Under the pieces are notes generated by a model, which worked only from the letters and a program-made list of their open reading frames with translations, was not told where the DNA came from and did not search any database. Shown one piece after another: positions 53,641 to 64,000 of a stretch of DNA of 64,000 nucleotides. Origin of the DNA: Eledone cirrhosa (Eukaryota); the NCBI GenBank assembly GCA_964016885.1, contig OZ024743.1, positions 62,310,001 to 62,374,000 on the forward strand. Direction: 5' to 3'. Position numbers and translations under genes: made by a program. Position 1 is the first letter of the stretch. Every line of letters starts with the position of its first letter.

Positions 53641-54302
53641 TCTGTGCATGGGGCTCTCACAGACCTGAGAATGCCCTTCTACACTGCCTGGGCCTACATC
53701 ATTAGAGTAGCAAAGTTGAAACGTAAAACTGGAAACAAATATCTAAAAGGTAAAGACCCCCTCCGGTCACGAATGACTATGGAATTTGCACCTAAAAAGT
53801 TCCCTTCTGAGGCACAAGTCCGGGCAAGGCTATTTGTAGAAGACCAGCAGTCACCCATGCATATCAGTCTCCCCTCTCTACACCACTGACAATGTCCAAG
53901 GGAAAGGCAAAGGTCGATACAGCTTGGCACGAGTGACGTCACAACTCATTTCTACAGTTGAATAAACTGGAACAACGTGAAGTAGTGTCTTGCTCAATAA
54001 TACAACCCAAGGCTCGGTCCGAGAATCGAATTCACAACCTCACAGTTGTAAGTCTGACGTTCTAACCACTAAGACATATCTACTGATCAATTAAAGTCAA
54101 AGTGAGCAACTACTGAGTGTAGTCCAAAATATACAAACAAACTGGATGGTCACAACTGGAATGCCTTTGGTTATATTTCAGCTCGATCACGGCTAACTTG
54201 GGCCGAAAAATAATGTGTGTATGAGAGAGAGGGCGAGAGAGAGACTTCCGTTGGTTCTAACAAGAGTTCCAACGGAACAGTCTACTCTTGAAATAAACAT
54301 GC

Positions 54303-54470
54303 ATCATCATCCGGCGGCCTCAGCCGAAATCCACTCAACAATTGATCTCTACGTGGGTTTGTCGTTCATTGCCGTTGCCAAGTCCTGGATTTCAATAACA
54401 TAATATCTGGAGATGACATCGGAATAGGAGAGCTTGCGGCCCCTGTTATTACTAACTGCTTGTGGTTACC
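54303..54470 (-). mobile_element. RTE-like LINE 3' end with (GAT)n tail
   Basis: KPQAVSNNRGRKLSYSDVISR....IQDLATAMNDKPT*RSIV resembles RTE C-termini. Confidence 0.55.
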
Positions 54471-54806
54471 CCCCAAAAAAATTATTTGCAATAAACGTAC
54501 AATTAGCTTAACATTTCACAGGAAGATTCAGTGAGATACAATGAGTAACAAGAAAAAACCCGTTAACTCTTTCAATATCAGATACAACTAATTTTTGCCA
54601 ATTCAGTGGTCTGGAACGACGTGAAATAAAGCCTCTTGCTCAAGAATATATCGATCGCACAATATTACTTCAGCTGAGATATACTATCCAGTCAAGGATG
54701 TACGGTTTCTAGTCTCCCTATTTAACCCCACCCCCTTTTTTTCATTGTTCTTTAACTTTTTCATTCTTTTTGTCAATAGTAAATACTGTTAATTATCTAG
54801 GATCAA

Positions 54807-55016
54807 AGGGCGGTGGATTGGCAGAGCGTCGGAGAACATGCTTGATGGCATAGAATTACGGTCCTTTACGTTCTGAGTTAAAATCCCGTCGAGGTTAGCT
54901 TTATCTTTCATCCTTCGTAAGGATCGATAAAATAAAGTACCAACAATCTGAAGTTTATTTAATCGACTTTCCCCTGCCCCAAAATTGTTGGCCTTGTGCC
55001 TAAATCAGAAACCATT
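54807..55016 (+). mobile_element. Full-length SINE family A with 18-bp TSD
   Basis: TTAATTATCTAGGATCAA at 54789-54806 and 55015-55032. Further copies at 55338-55530(-) and 55545-55746(+). Confidence 0.9.
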
Positions 55017-55225
55017 AATTATCTAGGATCAATTAAATTAATTAACTAACCCCAAATAATTGTTATTCATATGAAGTTGTTTCTTCGTTTACACTTGTTT
55101 CACAGGTGGTTTCATCTAAGACCATGTGTTCACATTAAAGCAATTTCATCGTGGGAGAATCGTTGTAGCTGTGAACTGTACACACACACTCACAAGCACA
55201 TACCCACACACATACTACACACACA

Positions 55226-55292
<67 letters not shown>

Positions 55293-57344
55293 GCGCGCGT
55301 GTAATACACATATACTGTAGTAAATTTGAACTTTGTAATAATTGTTTCTATTTTTGGCACAAGGCCAGCAATTGCCCAGTACATTACTGGTACTTTATTT
55401 TATCGACCCCGTAAGGATGAAAGGCAAAGTTAACCTCGGCGGGACTTGAACTCAGACCGTAAAGGGCCATAACTCTATGCTGCAAAGTATGGCGTCCGAC
55501 CATCTACCGATACTGCCAATCAACCGCCTTTGAGCTATGTTATTATCGGTAAAGCGTCGGACAACATGCTTAGCGACATAGAGTTATGGCCCTTTACGTT
55601 CTGAGTTCAAATACTGCCGAGGTTAGCTTTGACTTTCACCCTTACAGGGTCGATAAAATAAAGTACCAGTAATACACTGGGGTAGATTTAATCGACTTTC
55701 CCTTTCCCAAAAAATTGTTGGCTTTATGTCTAAACCAGAAACCATTATTATGTAGAGGGAAGCATGGCTACGTGGTTAAGGAGTTCGCTCTGCAATCACA
55801 ATTTCGGGTTCCCTACCCCCACCCAACTGCTTGCAATTTAGGCAGCTGCCCTCTACTATAGCTCCGAGCTGACCAATACCTTGTTGGTAAAATTTGGTAG
55901 ACAGAAACTATGTAGAATCCCACCATATGTGTGTGTGTGTTTATGCCCCATAACTGCGCTGCTCGACAAAGAAAGACTGATAAAATATGTACCAGACTTG
56001 AAAAACAGTATCGGGGTCGGTATGATTGATTAAATCCTTTCAAGGTAGTGCTCCAGTGTGGCCGCAGTCTAATGGCTGTGATCAGTAAAATAATAGCTAT
56101 GTGGAAGTTTAAAATTTCACCTTTAGCATCATACATGATATTATCTTAATTTACATTTTAAAAGATTTTAAACCGTTTCCATATTTTTAATGAAAGAGAC
56201 TACTTATAATTTTCAAATGATTTTGAAAATAATTGGTAATTTGAATTAGTATATGATCGACTAAATCCCTTCGTGGTGGTGCCCCATCCATGTGTAACCA
56301 ACACAAACTGCAGTCTAATAACTGAAATAAGTATAACGTCTACAGCTATTACTCTATCTAATTGGGTCTGTGTAAATATTTGGTCAAGGCGGTAGATTTG
56401 ACAAGAGTTGTTACAGCGTTAGGTATTTGTTCCAGGATTCTGCGTTCTGTGTTCAAATTTCGCCAAGGTCCACTTTGCTTTTCATCCTTTCATCTTTTCA
56501 GGGTTGATAAAAAAAAAAACCAGCTGCTACAGCCCTTTTTTCCTTCCAGCTTTCACATCCAGGCTGACCCACTGGATCGAGGGAGGGTGTGTCGAGAGAG
56601 TGTCTGCTCGCGACTATATGGCCTCCTAAAACAATTAGCAAGGAGCCATACTCAATTGCGAATTACGTCTGTAATAATGGTATAGCCTGGTTACTTAAGC
56701 ACTGTTTTAATTTCTAGTATTTTAGTTTTCAATTTTCTTTTGATTACATGCGGTGGTTTTGTAGTTCTTTAGTTTGTTTTAACCATCATATGTAAGTCCA
56801 TTCTGGAGTATGTTGCCAGCTAAACAAAGAACCAGTATCTCTCCATCTATCAATCAGGAATATTATCAAAAATGACACGTAAGTGTATGAAATCTGGCTT
56901 ACCATTAAGCCAACTTTGCAGCCGAGCACAGACCTCCGACAGAATCACATTTTTATACAAATTTGTATAATTAGATTAAATATATAACAATTTCCTCAGA
57001 TAAATAAATATCTAAACATCTTTGCCGCATCGCAGAGTGGTGGAAATATTTAAAGAAGTGTCAAAAACTAGGTTTGTCAGCTTGCCAAACTGTAAGTTGA
57101 AATTATTTTGTTTGAGAGAAGGGGATGCACATTGTAGGACTAGGGAAGGTCGCTAAATATCCAGAAGCCAGCCCTGGCTGTATGTTGGGTGACAAGATAA
57201 GTGAGAAGGTGCAGAGAAAGAAAGAAAGAAAGAGGAAAGGGTGGGGAATCCATGTGTAACAGACACAAACTTCATAACATTTCTATAATCATCTTTCAAT
57301 TGGCTGGATTTCTTCGCTTTATTTTCTCTTGAAAGCTAATCAAA

Positions 57345-57592
57345 TCATCATCATCATGGTCCCTTAACCCTTTTCTGGGTCGTTGTGACACTGCAGTGTT
57401 GAACGCTGCACCAACTGCCTCCATCTCTGACAGTCATGGGCGAATACTTGGGTTGTCCACTCAGCTGTGTTGTCAGTCCACCGCTTCCTCTGTCCACCCC
57501 GCCTTCACTTTCCCCACACTGTTCCTTAGAGAATTGTCTTAGAGAGTCCGTCCGATATTGTTACATGCTCATACCACCTCAGCCTTCCTCCT
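57345..57592 (-). mobile_element. RTE-clade LINE 3' end with (GAT)n tail
   Basis: Minus frame reads RLRWYEHVTISDGLSKTIL*GTVWGK*RRGGQRKRWTDNTAEWT. Confidence 0.85.
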
Positions 57593-57657
57593 CTTCAATC
57601 AAATAATTTAATCAATGTATCAAAGGGAGACTACTCTACTAATTGTTTATTTCCTAG

Positions 57658-57780
57658 ATGTCGATGAATGTCTTGATGAGGATCATTGCTGTGCACAGTC
57701 CTGTTATAACAACCCTGGCTCATATACGTGTGGCTGTGCAGCTGGCTTCCGTCTGAAGAGAGATAATTGTGGATGTGGAG
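57658..57780 (+). CDS. MEGF6: MEGF6-like internal exon, 8-Cys cbEGF (DVDECLDEDHCCAQSCYNNPGSYTCGCAAGFRLKRDNCGCG)
   Basis: tAG acceptor, GTAAGT donor at 57781. 123 bp. The CC...NNPG.Y.CGC...D.CGC extra-cysteine pattern matches MEGF6. Confidence 0.92.
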
Positions 57781-57883
57781 GTAAGTGTCTTTCTTTCATG
57801 TTTTACTACAGTTAATGCTTACATGAGACACGCTGCTTTCTACTTAATATCAGAATCAGCCATACTAATACTCCATGTGTGTT

Positions 57884-57932
<49 letters not shown>

Positions 57933-58772
57933 ATGTGTGTGTGTGTCAGGATTAAACCAATATTAATCTATTATTAAACATAGTACTCCATTCTTGGGAT
58001 AGTAGAATGTGACTCTTGCTGTTGAAACGGCAAGAGTTCAGCTGTCGGGTCCCCGACATTTTCTAAAGTATGTATGTATATCTGACTATAACTCTTTAAA
58101 ATGTACACACACATATGTACAATACATTTCCTATCTCAGTCATATTGCTACAATAAGAGCTTTACAGTCACTAAGTCCTGAGTTCTAACCCCACATTTGT
58201 CCCTATAAATAATTATTTCTCCAAACTTAGTCATACATTTAAACCTGTATGTCATTTTGTACATGTATGCTCTATGGAGAATACTGTGTGTCTTATTGCA
58301 GCACCAACACTAGAGAGGTTGCCATGTCCTTGACACAACTGAAGGGTCCTTTTTACCTTTTGTTTGGCATATTCTCTATGGCTGAATGCCCTTTCTAACA
58401 CCAACCATTTTACCAAAAATATGTGCCAGTTGCGTTTCATCATGGCACAAACACTAAAGAGGTTGCCGTGCCACGAACACAACTAAAGAGACCTCTCAGT
58501 AAAATTAATTAATATATAAACAACCAGCTTTTTAAAAGGATTGGGAACATTTGAAATGCAGTCATCTCTCTGTTCACTTTTTTCCATCTCCTGGGATACT
58601 TTACCCAATTTTTTTAACTATTATGTAGTGATCTACTATTAGTATGGTCATTTGCATTGTGACGACTACATTCCAAGTTTCAATAAATATATATTTGTTC
58701 ACTATATTATTCGTGTTAACACCAAATTTAACATGTGGTTATTTATGTTCTGTTTTGTATTTTCTTTTGTAG

Positions 58773-58895
58773 ACGTAGACGAATGTCTGAATAATAATGG
58801 AGGCTGTGAAGAGAAGTGTGTTAATTCAGAAGGATCTTACCAATGTATTTGTAGAGCTGGGAAACAGTTATCTCGAGATGGACACACCTGTATAC
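58773..58895 (+). CDS. MEGF6: MEGF6-like internal exon, cbEGF ([41 protein letters not shown])
   Basis: Long T-rich tract + tAG, GTGAGT donor at 58896. 123 bp, phase 1-1. Confidence 0.92.
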
Positions 58896-58984
58896 GTGAG
58901 TACTTGACAATTTTTAATGAATATCTTATATAGTACATATTTTCTGGATTTTTACGAGCTGAGTAGAGTAGGTAAACATCTAGA

Positions 58985-59079
<95 letters not shown>

Positions 59080-60019
59080 TACCTTTCCTAGTGGCAACCA
59101 GTTTAAAATATTGTGATATGCGCCTTGCTTTAGCTAATAAAACAGTTAATTCTTGCTTCATACTGGTCCAATACTTTATTTCCAGTCTTCATAGCATTAC
59201 ATGGATGAGAGACAAATATTGCTATATGTAGAACATTGACCTATTTTAGGTCCCTCTTTCCTACGAAACAAACTGAAATCACTGCTGCAAGCTAAGTTAA
59301 TGAATTACTTATGAAACCAATAGTGTTTCCACTGTTTGTATCAGTGAGTTGTTCTTATTCTGTTGTATTGATATAACACTAGGTGGTCATGGCCATTCAG
59401 AAGTTAAATGTCCAAACCATAAACCCAATGTAATACCAAGGATATGATAATGAACTTCCAGCTTCTTGACTGGTTGTTTGCCTCTCCTATCCACTAGACC
59501 ATCCTCTGTCTCGTTTTGCTCAAGGCAGACTTTAATGCCTTTGAAATGAGATTAGAACCCCTAACCTAAACATTACAAACTAAACCAACCACACCAAACT
59601 AGTAACAACTCCGAGTTATAGTATTAATGTTAAATGTCTAACCCATGCTAGAGTGGGGGAAATGGACATAAAACGGTGATGAATGATAAATGAAGAAGAA
59701 AATAGATAGAAAAATTTACTTTGTTTGGTTGGCATATTCTCCGAGGAGAATTTCAGGATACTGTTCTAAATAAAGGATCTTTGAGAGTGGAGTAAGGGTG
59801 TTTGACGTTTTGAGAGGTTTCTGTAGAATCTGTAGAATATGTGTTGGATTAATGATGAGGATCAATACAAGGGGATATTTTGCATCAGTTGTTATTAGGA
59901 AAATAAGTGTGTGTCTGTATGTGTGGGTATGCTGTGATTGTTAAGAAACTACGTGGTTATGAAATTAATTTCTTAACCATACTGCCATATGTGTGTGTGG
60001 GTATGTTTGCCTCTGTGTG

Positions 60020-60052
<33 letters not shown>

Positions 60053-60367
60053 CCATGTCTGTGATGGTTTTTGCGTCTTAACAGTTTGATAAAAAGGATC
60101 AATAAAATAAGTTCCAGACTTCAAAAAATAAGTACTGGGGTTAATATGATTGTCTAAATCCCTTCAATACAACACCTCAGCATGGCTGAAATCAGTGAAA
60201 GAATAAAAGCATAGTACTGTAGAAATCTATCTGGAATAACTATCTTCAGGTTATGGATTTAAATCTAGTTTTGTTTACCAAAATAAATAATTTTCACTGA
60301 GCCAAAGTTTTACATCTAGCATCATGCATAACATCATGTATGTGTATGGTGTATGTTTTAAAATATT

Positions 60368-60623
60368 TTAACCCTTTCCTTATGGTATTTCTAATTAAGG
60401 ACATTGCCTATGGTTTCCAAATAAAATTGAAACTAATAACAAATTTGAAAGGGTTTAGTAAAATAACTAATTTTCTCAATATTAAGCTGCTGTTTGGAGA
60501 GACCTTAAAGATTTTATATAAAATTAGGATGGAGGGATTTTAGATGAATATAAATTCTCTAAATCGAACAGTTATGTATCATAGAACCAGGTGTTTCAGG
60601 AGACTTGGTATCGAAAAGATTAA
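60368..60623. mobile_element. Possible piggyBac-type MITE
   Basis: TTAA-CCCTTTC...GAAAAGA-TTAA ends. Related end sequences at ~11852-11900 and 49620-49812. Confidence 0.45.
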
Positions 60624-62150
60624 ATATACGTTATAGTCAACATTGTCTCCTTGTAACCATAATGATCACTAACTATGAAATCTCTCTATAAAAGTATGTA
60701 AAACATTCCAGAGGTTTAGACATAGAAACATATACATATATACACATAAATATCAAAACACAGATTTCCACATACAGTAACATGCATGTATGTACACACA
60801 CATATACATATGTACATACCTGCAGACACACATACTTACATACACACATACATACATATGTACATACATACTCACATACATGCATACACGCACACACTTA
60901 CATACATGCATACATACCTACATACATACTCTCTGTCACACACACACACACATACATACATACATACATACATACATACATACATACATACATACATACA
61001 TACATACATACATACATACATACATACATACATCATAGAGTCCTTATATAATTGAGGTGAAATAGGATATGCTCACATTAGTATTTGCTCCTGGGAATAA
61101 TTTACAGCTCAATTAGATGATCCTTCATTCCTTACTAGAAAACTACCATGATGTTTTATGTCAAATAGATATTTAATTAATATAGAAGATAATTAGAAAA
61201 ATTTATTACAAGCGAATCATATTAATTTGTTAGAAACAAACAAATAGATGGTGAACATCATTGATTTATTGTCATAGCTTTTCAATCATGAGGTCCCAGA
61301 TTCAATCCCACTGTATGGCATCTTGTGAGTGAAATTGGGTAGACTGAAACTGTTTGGAAGCCTGTCAGATAGATTGTATTTGTAATTAAAAGACCCAGTC
61401 TTGTCACATATTGTGTCACTCTTATTCTGCCTGTACATTTAACAGACCTGCCAACCTCTAAAAACCCAAATGGGGGGTACCAAGAAAAAAGGTGCCCCAA
61501 AACGGGGAGAGATTAGGCGAAATGGGGAGATTTTACATAATGAAAGCTATACCCTAAAGTGGGTAGGAGATCTCCCCGTCGAATGGGGAGAGTTGACAGG
61601 TGTGGTATATAAATTAATGACAAAGACTAGGAGTGTGTATCAATGTTAAGTGTGTATTTAACAAAACTGTGGGGTGTGTAGTAATGTTAGATGTGAATTT
61701 GAAGACAAGATCATGGAGGCAGGTGTAGTGACGTTAGGTGTGTATTTAACAACAGAAGTTGAGATATATAGCTATGTTGGTCCTGTATTGATGCTAGATC
61801 TACTTCTAAAATGAATTATCTATATATCTGTGGAATAGTTTAATGTATTTATGCATAGATTAGTTTAAAATATCAGCATATATATAGTAAAAACACGAAC
61901 GTAAAAACGATGATGATAATGATGATGATGATCTATTAGATCCATCTAGTGTGAGAACTTTCTGGAAATTACGAAAAAAATAACACAATTCTGGAAAATA
62001 TGAAAACACTCTGTGCGAACTTCTAATTTTTGAGAAAATCCAAGGAAGCTATGATAAAAGACCATCCTCCACCTTCCACTATCTTTATTATTTTTGAATT
62101 AATTTTATCGTCACTATCATAATTTTCGTTTATTTTTCTGATCAACCCAG

Positions 62151-62255
62151 TTAAAATCTCCAGAGGAGATACCCCAGTAACCCCTGAATCAACTGCTCCT
62201 ACTCTCACACACTCAGACACTCAGTCACACGAAAGAGTACCCACTAAAAATAAAG
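62151..62255 (+). CDS. MEGF6: Candidate next MEGF6 exon: S/T/P-rich linker with RGD (LKISRGDTPVTPESTAPTLTHSDTQSHERVPTKNK)
   Basis: tttatttttctgatcaacccAG acceptor and AAG|GTATGT donor. 105 bp, open in phase 1-1 and in frame with the previous exon. Position fits the poorly conserved linker after the last cbEGF. No homology support visible. Confidence 0.6.
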
Positions 62256-62676
62256 GTATGTAAACAGTTTTTCCAGTTCTACGTAGTGTGGTTCCCCCTG
62301 GCTTCTATAGACGTTACCAAATAACAAGAGAAAAGAGCAGTGGGCCTCTCTGTTTCTATCCCCAGTGCAACGGGCCATGAAGCAGATATAATATAGAGTA
62401 TCCTTGCTCTTACTTCTCACTCTTCATTTCTCTGTTTCTTTCTTTTGTTCTTGCTCTTTTAATCTCTGTTCCTTCGTTTTCTTTCCCTTTATTTCTTTCC
62501 CTATTTGTTGGCTGGCTTTGTGTGCCGTGGTGTGCTTTGGTGAAGATTTTACAATAACAAACATTCACATTTTCTAGGGAAATTACAGAATACTTCTGTC
62601 TTTGGTGATTTTCTTTTTTTTTTCTTTTTTTTTTGGTGGAGGTGGTTTTAATTATTAATAAGAAAGAGCAAGCTTA

Positions 62677-62711
<35 letters not shown>

Positions 62712-64000
62712 ATATCACATCCTAATAATACATTGGTCAAACTACTACAACATATAGCATTGCTGTTACTACAGTATAACTGATACCCTTGTGATGGTCA
62801 AACTACCATCAAAGGAGTACCAACTAGTCAAACCAGACCATTGTCAGTTTGTTAGACCAACTGATACTCTATCACAGGAGTATCAACTTGTTTAACCAGA
62901 GTTTTGCGTAAGCTTCCTTTTTTTTTCTTTTGTTTGTTGTTGTTTTTTTACATTCTAATCACTCATAATTGCATCCAGAATAAATTGACATTAGAGAAAC
63001 TAAACATAATTTTTAAGTGACAACTCTTGTTATAAGAATATTTTAAGGAAATAGTAAATACAGGTAAAACACCAATGTTCTAGTAACTGATGGCCAGATC
63101 TGTCTTTTTATCTGGATTGAGTTATGAGCAGAAACTCCAATATCCCAGTGATAGAGCAGACTAGAAGGTTACTGCGTGGCATTAGATTTAATTTTAAACA
63201 TTTGCACCCTCATAATATTATAGCCGATGAGTAGCGAAAGCATTTCTAACTTCAAAATATGCTTCTAATGAATTTTATATCGTCCTGAAAAACAGATAAC
63301 CCAGCATAGGTCTATGTAGTACCTGTATTGGGTGAATTGTTAGATACTCTGGGGGTGAATTTCCTATCATTTTCTCTGTTCTTTTCTCAAACTCTAACGA
63401 GTCTCCATTAACATTTAGTTATACTCTCAATTAGTGGTGAATTGGCAGAATGGTTCGAGCGTCAGATTAAATGCCTTGATCTTTGTTCCGGTTCTCTGAG
63501 CTCTAAGTTGAAATCCTGCCATAATCAACTTTGCCTTTCATCCTTTCATGGTCTTTAGTACCAGTAAAGAGGGTAGTGGATTAGCAGTTTTGTTAAAGAG
63601 TAGGACAGGATATTTTGCTGTATCTGAAATGGCTCTGAGTTCAAATCACGCCTTCTTCTGCCAGGAGTTGCGAGCAGAAGACAGTATACACAATAGAAAG
63701 TCCAATGTAAACATTATTTCTTTAGTCGAATCTTACGATCGGCTTCTTTCCTTTTTCAATTAGTTACTCTCTGCAAAACTTAAATCCATTTCTTTAGAAA
63801 AGATAGAAAATGTTTATCACGAAATCAAAAGAAAATAATAAACTTGAAAAATAATTTAGATCTGAAAATCTTGAGTAAAAAATATCTCAGTTTTGTAGAA
63901 GAAAAGATGTATGTGTGTGTTCAGGTCGCACAGCAAAATATATATTGAAAATATACGAACATTTACAAAATACATATAGACTTATCTAACAACTCCCCTA

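Overview
AT-rich, microsatellite-saturated animal genomic DNA. The SINE families and repeat landscape suggest an octopus/cephalopod, which is inference only. The window lies inside one large + strand gene, an ortholog of MEGF6 (multiple EGF-like domains 6). I find seven phase-1/phase-1 EGF exons (2237-2359, 11173-11298, 12625-12747, 14963-15085, 52283-52420, 57658-57780, 58773-58895) and a candidate eighth linker exon with an RGD motif (62151-62255). One intron is about 37 kb. Nearly all ORFs in the supplied track are microsatellite artefacts. The introns hold tRNA-derived SINEs, MITEs, a decayed mariner, and CR1, RTE, Tx1 and R4/Dong-like LINE fragments. The most striking pattern is a recurrent architecture: (TA)n - inverted arm - direct arm - optional tail - (TA)n. 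It is built from the 3' ends of several different Penelope-like elements (PLEs), most carrying hammerhead-ribozyme-like motifs. It ranges from ~90-bp hairpins to a 6.4-kb element that still encodes a truncated RT + GIY-YIG protein. Different retroelement classes also appear to occupy different microsatellites: PLEs in (TA)n, Tx1-like in (TTA)n, R4/Dong-like in (CATA)n. Repeat coordinates were read by eye and may be off by a few bases.
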